Source: Torpedo marmorata (Eukaryota). From it: 64,000 nt of DNA. The notes beneath the pieces are model-generated. The model searched no databases. It was not told the origin of the DNA and worked only from the letters and a program-made list of their open reading frames with translations. The stretch covers positions 59,706,001 through 59,770,000 of the forward strand of contig OZ360225.1 in assembly GCA_977017645.1 (NCBI GenBank), written 5' to 3'. This document shows positions 23,236 to 35,885 of this stretch, one piece after another (positions within the stretch are counted from its first letter, which is position 1; each line of letters starts with the position of its first letter). Both the position numbers and the translations under genes were made by a program.

Positions 23236-24727
23236 CCATCCATCAGTCCAAACATTATTTATTATTATTTCACTAGTTGTTCAACCTGCCAATTAAAATA
23301 AAAAGTTTTACAGTAAGGAAAGAAAATTCTTTCAATATTTTCATTAAATTTCCTGAGCGTTAATGGTTGCTCTGTTCCCTGGGAAAGGATGATGTCCTGA
23401 ATAATGAAAGCTCATCAGTTCACCACAGAATGCTTGTTAATTCAAATGATGATATTAAAACTATAGTAGCCTTTAGCAGTCGAGCGATTTCTAGCATACT
23501 TTATCATGTATCAATATATACTCTATTTGTCAAAATTGCCCAAGGCCGACACTGACATTCTCTATGTAGGAGTGTAGTGCTTCAAGAGCCATTGAATACA
23601 CTGAGGTGACAACGTATGGAGACCATGCCTTCAGGAAGAGAAGGAGTGAAGCTAAAAGTGTCATATTTTTTACTTTTGATGATTATTTTTAATCATGTGG
23701 AACAATTTTCATTTTAACTTTCCAAGATATTTATATTCATTTTAAGGCTAATTTTTTTTCACACACACCTAATTTGAAGAATGTTTCTGAAAGCAGGGAA
23801 GTTGGTGAATTATTTTGTTACACCCTTTTGACATGTGACCTATGGGTCATGAGTGGACAGCATCCTAATATCTTGAGAAAACAAATTCTGGGCATTTTGC
23901 CTTTTTTTTTGTTGCTCTCTCTCTTCTTTCAAATATTCAGTTGCCAAGCCTAGAGCACAAAAAATATGGATATGTCATTAATTTTCTGCGAGTGTTGCAG
24001 CCAGACTCTCTCTTGACATGATGTACCAGTGCAACTGGTTTTACACACCCAGTAAAGAAATTACAGCTCTTTTGTAAGCTGCTAAAGTCATAAACACAAG
24101 CTGCCTGCACGCCCAAACTTGCCTGTAAAGAAATGCTTCAGCACCCAATATGGCAAGGATCACTGAGGAAATATATCAGCTCTTAGACAACTTAGGTCAT
24201 AAAACAGACTGTAAGTGCTACACAGTCCTTGAAAGCATGTCCCACCTCACCTTGATTCCTCAGTGCGATGGGCAACAAGCTCTCTCTTTGCCCCATTCTC
24301 TGCTGGCGCGGCTTTGCAAAGGGAACCTGGTCGCTTGTAAAAGGCAACAGGATGTTTGAAAATTTCCCAGAGGTGAATCAGCCAGCAGCATTTCCTGGAC
24401 AAGATGCCAAGCACTGCAAATTGTTTACAAACTAGTTCTCATCAAAACTTGCCGCATTTGTTTCTGTCCTCTCCATGCTTTGCATTGAAGACCTGCCTGG
24501 AGTCAGTTTCAGGACAGGTGTCCTGTTCACTTTCTCCCCAGGCTGCCTTTTCTCATGTATGAATTTGTGATATGGTCTTGTAATGGTGCATTTTTTTTTT
24601 TCGGTTATGCATTGAACTCTTCCATTATTACCACACCTCAGTCTGTGCAAATTGTGGTGCACAATAGACATTATTCTGACACCTTTAACTCTTCAGGGAT
24701 AAAAAATATTCAGCAAGCCTTTCATCA

Positions 24728-24980
24728 GGGCAGCACGGTTAGCGTCGCAGTTAGCGCAATGCTATTACAGTGCCAGAGACCTGAGTTTGAATCCGGTGCT
24801 TTCTGTAAGGAGTTTGTACGTTCTCCCCGTGATCTGCATGGGTTTCCTCCAGGTGTTCTGGTTTCCTCACACCCTCCAAAAACGTACGGGGTTTGTAGGT
24901 TAATTGATGTATTTGAGCAGCACGGGTTCATGGGCCAGAAGGGCCTGATGCCATGCTGCAACTCTAAAAAAAAATTTTAA
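24728..24980 (+). mobile_element. tRNA-derived V-SINE-type SINE, well preserved
   Basis: tRNA-like head with GAGTTTGAATCC B-box, V-SINE core, A-rich tail. Confidence 0.8.
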
Positions 24981-25732
24981 ATCTTTTTGGGAAAGGAAGA
25001 AGCATAAGAGTCTTGTTGTCCTTTGATAATTATTCTACGTGCCAGACTATGCCAACACTTTTATCACACACCTTGTGTTTACAAGTCACTATAAGAGTCC
25101 TGCCAAATATTTTTGGAAGGATCGCACTCCTTTAAAAATAAATTAAAGATCTGTTATATTTCTCTTCATTTCCATCTCTTAGCTCAAACCATGCTAACCT
25201 ACAGAAGTACCAGGCATGGGCCAATAAGTGCAAGGTCCAAATAAGTGCCAAGCAATCACCATCTCCAATAGGAAGCAGTCAAAGCTCTGATGCTGACACA
25301 CCATCAGATCTGTAACCAGATTCACCACCGTTTTTAGTTACTGCTGGGACAAATGGGTCACAGTGGTCAGCAACTCAAATGGACTCAAATAACTTCATCT
25401 GATCTATTTAAGTTATTTGGTGATATCTTATTTAAAATTAAATGAATAATATTAACAGGAGATTATGAAGTCTCTAAAAGTCTCTAAATTCTGAGTCTTG
25501 ATTGTCTCAATTTTGTTGGTCTGGATTTTCCTCCCCCATTGTTTGAATTCTGAGACTTTCTGATATATCCTGCTTCTGCCTTTTCTGATTTTTCCTTGAA
25601 GAAAGGCTCAGGCCCGAAACGTCGGCAATATATCTTTGTCTCCTATTGATGCTGGAAAGACCGGTTGAGTTCCTCCAGCATTTCGGTGTGTTTACTATAA
25701 TCAAAGTGTAGCCTATCATGTTTCACTCAGTT

Positions 25733-26474
25733 CAGATTTCAGATCAGCTTTCAGATTTATTGTCAGAGTACATACATACGTCACATACAACCCTGAGATT
25801 CTTTTTCCTGTGAGCGCAGCAGAATTACCACTAATTGGTAGTGCAAAAAGTAAACTGTACACAGTGTTAACATGTAAACAATCAAAAGACCTGCTAACAG
25901 GTAACGAATGAAACTGAAAATGGAACTGACTGTGCAATACAGAGAGAGCAAAGAAAATCAATAAAGTGCACGAGTAAGAGTCCTTAAATGAGTCTCTGAT
26001 TTGACTTTGTCGTTGAGGATTCTGATGGTAGAGGGGTAGCAGCTGTTCCTAAACCTGGTTGTGTGAGTCATGTGGCACCTATACCTCTCTCCTGATGGCA
26101 GCAGTGAGAACAGAGCGTGCGCTGGGTGGTGTGGGTCTTTGATGATTGCTGCTGCCCTCCGACAGCAGTGTTCCCTGTAGATGTACTCAATAGTGGGGAG
26201 GGTTTTGCCAGTAATGTCCTGGGCTGTGTCCACTACCTTTTGGAGGGCTTTACGCTCAGGGGTATTGGTGTTCCCATATCAGACCGTGATGCAGCCGGTC
26301 AGCATACTTTCCACCACACATCTGCAGAAATTTGCCAGGGTTTCTGGTGTCATACCAAACCTCTGCAAGCTCCTGAGGAAGTAGAGGCGCTGACGTGCTT
26401 TCTTCATGATGCCAATGGTGTGTTGGGTCCAGGAAAGATCCTCCGAGATAGTGACTCCCAAGAACCTAAATTTG
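25733..26474 (-). mobile_element. Rex1/Babar-like LINE 3' fragment nested in the PLE
   Basis: FRFLGVTISEDLSW...KARQRLYFLR; DPHHPAHALFSLLPSG; TSD CTCAGTT (25726-25732, 26475-26481); CTGAA-type tail repeats. Confidence 0.85.
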
Positions 26475-26507
26475 CTCAGTTGATCCACTTCGTAATCTCT
26501 TCAAGGG

Positions 26508-29500
26508 ATGCCTGCCCTGAAGAAGTTCTCCTCCTCTCTTCGAAGGGAGTTCTGTGTGAGTCTCTCTCACTGCTCCCCATCTGTACTGCCTGATGCTCTC
26601 AAGCTCTACGACCACATTCTCACCCAGACTCGCTTCCACAGCCATGTGTCTTTCCTGGCTACTTGCCTCCACCGCCATCTGGTGCCACATGGATTCCAGT
26701 TTGGTTCCTAGCCTTCCAGTTTGGCCCCCACCGGGATCTCAGGTACCTGAGCTGCATTGACTCTTGCTCTCTTCGCTTCTCCCGCCGTATACTACGGACT
26801 ACCCTCAGCTCGATGCGCAGGTACCAACGGACCCTCGCTCTCTCGCTACCACAGCTCCGTACCTCACTCACCATGATCTGCCACGGACCTCTCATACACT
26901 TCATCCTCCGCCAGATCCACGCATTCAAACGCTGATTCTACGCACACCTGGCATCCATCAAGGATCGGAAGCTCGTGTCCCTGGAGACTGTCGCATCGAG
27001 GACCCCCCACCTGGGTTTACAGGACCGAGCTCCTGATGCGGGTCTCTACCTTTGCCCCGGTGACCTACAGCACGGAGCGCCTGACACGGGTGTCCACCTT
27101 GGCCTCGGTGACCTTCAGGATCAAGCCTCCGACATGAACTTTCACCCTGAACCCGCTGGCCACGAGTCTGGGCTTCACACGCGGGTCTCCATTTCGGCCC
27201 CAGCGACCTACAGGATCGAGCCTCCGACATGAACTTTCACCCTGAACTCGGCGACCGACAGAACTGAGCTTCAGACGCGGTTTCCACCTTGGCCCCTTCG
27301 ACCAACAAGACCAAGTGTCCGTCACAAACTCCCACCCTGGCTCCGGGAGCAAACAGGCCTCTCTCTCTCCACCCTCTAACTTTCCCAATCCTCCCCATCC
27401 TCCCTTGGACCCTTCCTACCCTCCACCTCCTGATCCACCCCATCCTCCTCCCCTCCCCTACACCCTCCACCCCATTGAACATCCCCCTAACCCCTGCCTG
27501 GTCTTCACCATCACCTCCGACCTCCCCCTCTCGGAGACTGAACACTCTGTCCTCAGTAAAGGCCTCACCTTCGTCTCCCTTCATCCACACCTTAACGAGT
27601 TCCACGCATGCCATGATGTTGAACTCTTCTTCCATCGGCTCTGTCTCCATGCTTACTTCCATAATCATGATTCTCCACCCCCCACTACAGATCCCTTCTC
27701 CCGCTTTAAAACATCTTCCTCCTCCTGGACACCTCGTTCCGATCTTCTACCTGCTCTGGACCTTTATATTTCCAACTGCCACCGTGACATCAACCTTATC
27801 GAGTTCACTACTCCCCTCACTCATTCCAATCTCACCCCCTCGGAACGCCTGGCCCTCCACTCTCTCCACACCAATCTGAACTTCACCCTCAAACCTGCAG
27901 ACAAGGGTGGCGCTGTTGTGGTCTGGCGCACTGACCTCTATCTGGCTGAAGCCAGACGACAACTCTCAGACACCTCCTCTTACTTAGCCCTCCAACAGGA
28001 CCCCACCAAACTCATCAAACCACTGTATCACGCACCATCTCTGAACTCATCACTTCCAGTCACCTCCCTGGCACGGCCTCCAACCTTATTGTTTCCCAAA
28101 CCCATACTGTCCATTTCTACCTCCTACCCCAGATCCACAAACCCAACTGTCCCGGCAGACCCTACGTGTCCGTGTGCTCCTGCCCCACCGAATTGGTTTC
28201 TGCTTACCTTGACTCTGTTTTGTCCCCCCTGGTCCAGTCCCTCCCCACCTACATCTGGGACACTTCACATGCATTCCATCACTTCAACAACTTCAAGTTC
28301 CCTGAACTCGATTGCCTCATATTTACCATGGATATACAATCCCTATACACCTCTATCCCCCATACTGAAGGCCTCAAAGCCCTTCCTTTCTTTCTGGACA
28401 ATAGAACCAACCAGTCCCCCTCCACCACCACCCTCCTCCGGCTGGCACAACTTGTCCTCACCCTCAATCATTTCTCCTTTGACTCATCCCACACTCTCCA
28501 GGTCACAGGGGTAGCCATGTGCACCCGCATGGGCCCCAGCTATGTCTGCCTTTTTGTTGGCTACGTGGAGCAATCCATGCTGCAAGCCTACACAGGCAAG
28601 GCCCCTCAACTCTTCCTCCACTACATCGATGACTACTTTGGTGCTGCCTCATGTACCCATGATGAGCTCGTTGACTTCATCCACTTCGCTACCAACTTCC
28701 ACCCCGACCTCAAATTCACTTGGTCCATCTCTAGCAATACTCTCCCTTTCCTCGATCTCTCTGTCTCCATCTCAGGAGACAAACTCTCGACAGACATCTT
28801 CTATAAACCCACCAACTCCCACAGTTACCTCGACTACACCTCTTCCCACCCTGTCCCCTGTAAGGATTCCATTCCATTCTCTCAAATTCCTCCATCTCTG
28901 TCGCATCTGCACCCAGGATGAGGACTTCCATGCCAGATCATCAGAGATGTCCTCCTTCTTCAAACAATGTGGCTTTCCCTCTACCACCATCAACTCGGCA
29001 CTCACCCGCATATCCTCCATTACCCGCACATCTGCCCTGGCCCCCTCCGCCCCCATGTGCAACAAGGACAGGATTCCTCTTGTCCTCACCTACCACTCCA
29101 CCAGCCTCCACATCCAACGCATCCTCCTCCGCCATTTCCGCCACCTACTACGTGATCCCACCACTAGACACATATTCCCCTCTCCTCCCCTCTCCGCCTT
29201 CCGCAGGGACCCCTCTCTCCGTGACTCCCTTGTCCACTTCTCCCTCCCCACCAATCGTCCCCTTGGGACCTACCCCTGTGACGGCAGGAGATGCTCCATT
29301 TGCAACCACACCTCCTCCCTCAGCACCATTCGGAGCCCCAAACAGTCTTTCCAAGTGAAGCAACATTTCACTTGTGAATCTGCAGGGGTCAGCTACTGCA
29401 TTCGGTTCTCCCGCTGTGGTCTCCTCGACATCGGAGAGACTGGACGCAGACTGGGAGATTGCTTTGTTGAGCACCTCGGCTCTGTCTGCCACAATAGCGT

Positions 29501-29682
29501 GGATCTCCCAGTGGCCACCCATTTCAATTTCTCCATCCCATTGCCTTGCTGACATGTCTATCCATGGTCTCATGTACTGCCAGACTGAGACCACCCGTAA
29601 ATTGGAGGAACAACACCTCATCTTCCGACTGGGCACCCTCCAACCGGATGGCATTAATATCGACCTCTCTGGCTTTCGTTAA
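26508..29682 (+). pseudogene. PLE ORF (RT and GIY-YIG endonuclease), frameshifted
   Basis: VLSKGLTF, KPADKGGAVVV, MDIQSLYTSIP, GVAMCTRMGP, YIDDYF, PFLDL, YKPT; YCIRFSRCGLLDIGETGRRL GIY-YIG. Confidence 0.9.
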
Positions 29683-31949
29683 AACCCCCCCCCACCCCCT
29701 TCTTCCCCCGTCGTCTCTCCATTCCCTGTCTCCTTTCGCACAGACATGATTAATTCTACCTAGTCCCTTATCATAGCCAATTAACACCTTTTGTTGGTCT
29801 GGATTCCTCCCCCATTTTTGAATTCTGAGACTTTCTGATATATCCTGCTTCTGCCTTTTCTGATTTTTCCTTGAAGGAGGGCTTAGGCCCGAAACGTGGG
29901 CAATATATCTTTGTCTCCTATAGATGCTGAAAAGACCGGCTGAGTTCCTCCAGCATTTTGGTGCGTTTGTCTCAATTTACACACCAGTTAACTAATTTAC
30001 TGATAAAATATTTTCTTAAATCGCCTGGTCTGCAAGGGAAAGCGTAATGGAGTAAAAATTAGGTAAAAAAAAAGGTAAAGGTTCCATTATTGTCACGTAA
30101 TACTACATTTAGAATGTAACATACATGAAATTCTTTAATTTTTGTCTACTGTAAGGCAGACAGAGTCTCTGTTACTTTCACGAAATACACCCCTTTCTTG
30201 AAGTGTCCAGTAATTAAAGTAGAACAGAGCACTCAAATTGGGGTATGATACTCAACCATTACTATATTTAAAGCAAGTAGTCAAGAATAAATTCTTTCTT
30301 CTGTGTTCTTTGTGGTGAATGTTAACTTCCTGGCTCCCGAAAGCTTTACCCAGCACTTATTGTCACATGTACCAAAATAAAGTGAAAAGTTGTGCTTTTC
30401 ATGCTATCCAGGCAAGTTAACCTGTACCAGTACAAAAGGTAGTGTGAGAATAAAATTAAAGGTGCAGGAGATAGTGTTACAATAAAAAAAAAGGTGCAAG
30501 ATATAGTGCCACAAGACAAAAGGCAGAATATAGTGCTAAAGAGAAAAATACAGTTGAACAAGGCAAGGCATCATCCTGTACTAATGAAAAGTCTGTTCGA
30601 CCTCCTATCCTTGAATCTGGAGGTGCGTGTTATCAAACTCATGTATATCAGCAAGGCACCAGTTATAGAATATATAACCATATAACATTTACAGCACAGA
30701 AACAATGTGCAGAGAAACTCACCAACCGCCTGATGAGAGCACTTGCTAAAACCTTCGTGGTTTTACGTTATCTGAGATGTAGCAATTTGTTTGATTTGCA
30801 CCTCAGCCTCTTCACAGGGGAAGGAGAAAAGATTTATTATAGAAAGCACTGATGCAATACACCAAGCTCTTCCCTCCTTTATCATTGGCTGGGAGGACCA
30901 GCATGGAAGTCAATGGAACTGAATTTTAGAAACAGGGCTCAACACGAGTACAGGACTATTTTTTAAGATTAGCATGCCCAACAGAGGACGAATTTCACCC
31001 TCACTGTTTCCATGGGGAGTGGGTAATGAAAGAACACAGATTTAAGATGAATGAGAAAAGAACTTGGAAAAGAATCCAAGATAGGGAGTGAGAAGAAATC
31101 TTTCTAAGCTTAGAGCCGTTCAATCTGGAATCCACTGCTTGAAAATGTAGTGGAAGCTGTTTCAACAGTCACTTTCAAAAGGGAATGGGATATATACCAG
31201 AAAAAGATAAGTGCAGAGTGCGCGAGAAAGGGGATGTGATGAGTTAGACGAATTGGATGGGCATAAGGTGCTGAATGGCTTGTGTTATAAGAGTTCATTC
31301 AATAAAGGAGTACCAGAAACAAGATGGGGGAGAATGTAAAATGTATGTGAAGAAAGACTTTCCTTTTCCTGTGGTGAAGGATTTTAAAAGCCTGAAGATA
31401 TTTATAAACTCAGATGTTCCTGCACAAATTAATTAGCAAGATTAGTTGACTCAAGGGTTGTGGTTGAGGGAGATCTGTGATGCCCCTGGTGCTATATGTT
31501 GGTGATTGTTGTAAATGCTTTACATATTCACACATCATGTGAATAAATCAAACCAGTTGAAAATAATCTTGATGCAAAACTTTAATCGTGATGATGGATC
31601 TCTCAGTCACTTCGTTGGTGCATGTGGTAGTCCTGTCCCTGATTGTTTTCATTGTGTACAGTCTTCCTGTGGGTTGTACAGGTTTATGAAATTATCCCTG
31701 CAATGGTAAGGATTCATTAAAGGATTTACCATGCAATTTCTTCCTCAAGTGCATAGAATTATAGAACCTCATATCATGAAAGGCTGAGCCAGTTCTTTGA
31801 AAGCGCTTCGATTTGAATCCACACCCACGTTTCTTACTCATCTTAATGCAAATGAGTCATCTTCAAACATGAGCCTGTTACCTTTGGAAACCAATTTCAT
31901 CACCCTTTCTTTCATATGGTTCATTCCAGGACATAACAACCCTCTAGAT

Positions 31950-32327
31950 CAGTGGTTTTCAAACTGCCCCCCCTAAACTCACATTCCACTTTAAGCAATC
32001 CCTATGCCATAAGTGCTCTGTGATTGGTAAGGGATTGCTTAAGGTGGTATGTGAGTAGGAAGGGAAGGTTGAGAACCACTGCTCTCGACCCAATTGTTAC
32101 TGAAATATTTTGCTTGAGAAAAATTGTCATTGGTCCATTTCCTTTGGAGTTATGAAACCGTGCACATAACGAGTCAATTAGGTACGATTAAAACAGTGGT
32201 TTTCAAACTTTTTCTTTCCACTCACAAACCACTTTTAAGCAATCCCTTACTAATCACAGAGCACTTATGGCACAGGGATTGCTTAAGGTGGAATGTGAGT
32301 TTATGGGGGGTAGTTTGAAAACCACTG
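31950..32327. mobile_element. Composite hAT/Charlie-like MITE
   Basis: TIRs CAGTGGTTTTCAAACT / AGTTTGAAAACCACTG; 8-bp TSD CTCTAGAT / CTCTAGGT; two internal TIR copies at 32067-32081 and 32194-32209. Confidence 0.85.
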
Positions 32328-34394
32328 CTCTAGGTGGAAAGAAATGTCTTCAGTTCTTTTGCTAATTACTTTTAATCTACAACCTCTGGGAACCACCTCT
32401 CGTATTATGGCATTATAACAAAAGAGGGAATTAAGTGGATAACCTCCTAGCAAATCACAGGACCAGCAGTTAAACATTCTCATTCAATGGATAGAGATTT
32501 CATTTTCCATATGCAAGTGTATAGCACCATCAACAGAGCAAAGACCACAAGCATTTGTCCAATGATTGTACCAGAATCACATGCCTGGGGTCATAAAATC
32601 CAACGGTGATCTGAGCAATGTGGAGTTACTTCACTGTGGGACAATAAGAATCTTGGATAAAATGTAGTATTAAACTAATTAACTAATTAACCATAATTTG
32701 TTTGGTTAGTAATTATATTGATGCTCTTGTTAATATTCAATTTGAATCAATATGGATGTCATCCATTTTATTCAAGGTTGTGGTAGCATTGTGGTTATGT
32801 GACTGGATTAGCAATCCAGGTTAATGTGAGTTCAAAATTTGTCTTGTTTTACTAAAAATTGATCTTCAATCACAAAGATAAAATTATTGTTGTAAAAACA
32901 CCAATGGTTTTTTGAAGCCCTTTCGTGAAGAAAACTTGCTGTCTGTATGCAACTCTAATTGCAATAAAGAGGTTGTTGCACTAGAAATATGTTGGCTTTT
33001 GAGTGTTCTAAATTTGAACTGTGTTGAACTTTGCTTCTTAAATTCAGTCCCCTTGGATTCAAAACAACCAAACATCTGAAACATAATTCAGCATGTCTTC
33101 ATATTTCATCATACAGTTACCAAATCTGATGATTAGTGGATGAATTTTTACACTGCACTGAGTCTTAACTATGTCAGTAAATGTAGGGCAAAGACTCATC
33201 ACCGCCAGCCCATGACAAATAAGAAAAAAACAATCAATGTCCATCTTGTTGGCAAGGGCCATATCTCAAGGATAAATAAGAGTCTTGTTGCAAATTTCAA
33301 GTCCACTTTGCAACTCAAATGTCTAGAACAAATATTCCGGACCAGTCACACCTTGGTTAACGAGAATGTCCCAACTTCAAGTAGTACTGCTGAAAATGTA
33401 ACTTTTGCAGTGCATGACCTGTTTAACTCTTTCCCCAAATCTTAATATAAATTCCATCCTGCTGATATATGGCAGGCAGAACATAGCTTGTTTAGGTTTC
33501 GTTTAACAGAAGATTCAAAATATGGGATAGTTCTGACTCTATCTTATTGGAGACAGTTATGGTTCAGCTACAGGACAAATGGCCAGAGACCAGGTCCATT
33601 GAAAAGACATGTGTCTGAATATCACCAGGTGAGGAATTGAAATTCAAATAAAACCTGGAATAGAAAGCTAGTTTATGTATTGTAAATTACCCATCACTAA
33701 TATCCTTCCAACCAAAACTGAATCCAGAACCAACCAAAGTTTACAGGCCTAATGTAGTATAGGTCAGTAGAATGAGCAGCATGAACATGATGGGCAAAAT
33801 TGACACTGAGCCACAGAGGTTCGCACAAGGACAGGTGACCAAAAACAATAGATTTTAAGGGTCTTAAGGAAAGAGAGAGGGAAGAGGCATTGGGAAGGAA
33901 TTCCAGATGGGCCAAAGGACCTGCTTCTGTGCTATATGACTCCACATAAGTCTAAAGTTGAAAATGTTGTCAGAATTCCTACAGGACAACAAGGCATAAA
34001 CAATGAATGCCAGCCACTCCGATAGGTTTTGATTGCATGATTCATTGATAAAATACGTTATCCAACACTTTATATCAAGGGATTGAAAATCCCCAAGACT
34101 CATGTTGTCTAACATGGTAAAAGGAAAAAAAAATGTAACTGTACCAGTGAAACAAGGTATGACTTTTTAACTTACATATGTTCTCATTAATTGTAATTTT
34201 GCATTGTGGGCATCGATGTAGACAATGACCCTTGCAGTTTGCCAGCATTCCCATTATTGTCCATTTTGTGCATGTGATTCAGTATGAGGTGTGGGCAATT
34301 ACACTGAGCCTTCTCACACCATAACGTACTTCACATCTGGAATTCCCAAAAATATATAGCTTCTAAAGTTCTTTAACTTTGACCATTCATAACT

Positions 34395-34760
34395 CACACC
34401 ATTTTGTTTTGAAGTGAAGTCAAGGTATTTGGCACACCAGAAGCTCCCACAAACTGCAATGTAATATTTATCATCATTAATTTGTGACTTTGATTGAGGA
34501 ATTGGTCTAGATATTGAGGATAATTTATTTCTCTGAAATAGTGCCATGGATTCTTCCAAGTGAACTCTGAGATTATCAACAAGACTTTGGTGTAATATCC
34601 CATTCAGAAAGCAACACTGCAACAGAGTGGCACTCCCTCAGCACTGCACTGGAACACTGAGCATTTATAGCCACATTTCTGGAGTGTGAATTGAAATGAA
34701 TTGCTGACTTTCTGACTTGGAAGCAGAAAAGTTACCATCTGAAATACAGATGACACAGCA
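34395..34760 (-). mobile_element. Ancient Deu-domain SINE
   Basis: Reverse complement of the 22050 core (CACTCCCTCAGCACTGCACTGG; AAATAGTGCCATGGA). Confidence 0.65.
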
Positions 34761-35159
34761 CCACATGGATCTTTCAGGGTTTTCAAGTAAGAAAATAGGA
34801 AGAAAAAACAAAAGCAAGAAAGAGGGAATACAAATTTAATTCCAGAATTGTGGCACATCCCAAAGAACCGAAATAAATCATTCAAATAGTCATTCTTCCT
34901 CTAAGAGGTATTTCTTCCATGATGCTTTATTGGTGATAATGTTCTTAAAACGAATGACAGTTGTGTGCATGGTGGATTGGAGCATTATGCCTCTACAGGC
35001 TCTTTCAACACCCCTCTAATAAAACCCTCCAACTTTGCAATTTTTCCCTTTCAAATATTTGTACAGTTCCTTTTTGAGCATTCATACTGAACCCACTCAC
35101 ACCACTCTTTCAGTCAGTGTCTAACAACTCTGAATGAAAAAAATAAACTCTGATCACCT

Positions 35160-35470
35160 TTGGTGTAGTGGCACAGCTGGTAGAGTTTCTGCCTCACAAC
35201 CAGCGTCTCGAGTTCAATCCTGGCCACCAGTGTTGTCTGTGTGAAGTTTCCACATTCTCCCTGTGATTTCCTCCAGGTGCTCCAGTTTCCTCCCACATCC
35301 TAAAGATGTGCAGATTGCCAGGTTAATTGACCACCATGAATTGCCTCGATTGTGAAGGTGAGTGGTTGGGAATGAAAGTTTTAAAAATGGGTTAGAAAAA
35401 TATTGGTGTAAAGATGGGTGCTCGATGGTTGTTGTGGACTTGTTTGGGCTGAAGGGCCTGTTTCGTGCTG
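35160..35470 (+). mobile_element. V-SINE-type SINE
   Basis: GAGTTCAATCC B-box; CTCCAGGTGCTCCAGTTTCCTCCCACATCC core. Confidence 0.65.
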
Positions 35471-35634
35471 TAGCTTTCTATATATGGCCTTCCTGCCTGG
35501 AAGGGGGGGGGGGGGTTAATTCAAAGAACCTCATCACATTCGAACAGTACCTGGATTTAAACATCTGTGACAACGGGGCTGCAGACCTCCTGAAGGAAGG
35601 TGGCATTAGATTAGAGTAACTTTCTTTTTTTATT

Positions 35635-35885
35635 TTAAATTTAAATTTAGACATATAGCACAGTAACAGGCCTTTTCAGTCCACGAGCCCATGCCGCCCA
35701 ATTACACCCAATTGACCTACAACCTCAGTACGTTTTCAAGGGTGGGAAGAAACCGGAGCACCTGGAGGAAACCCATGCAGACATGGGGAGAACGTACAAA
35801 CTCCTTACAGACAGCGCCGGATTTGAACCCTAGTTGCTGGTGCTGTAATAGCATTGGGCTAACTGCTACGCTAACCGTGCCGACC
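35635..35885 (-). mobile_element. V-SINE-type SINE, same subfamily as 24728
   Basis: Reverse complement aligns with 24728-24980. Confidence 0.8.

Larger units (their letters stand above)
25510..29966 (+). mobile_element. Near full-length Penelope-like element with pseudo-LTRs
   Basis: ~180-bp direct repeats (25511-25690, 29789-29966); candidate TSD TTGTCTCAATTT (25502-25513, 29967-29978); RT and GIY-YIG coding remnants between. Confidence 0.9.

Noticed and set aside
22724-23301. ORFs spanning the N run (also 42666-43041)
   Set aside because: Artefacts of translating assembly gaps
24728-24800. tRNA gene
   Set aside because: tRNA-derived SINE head only; no cloverleaf evident
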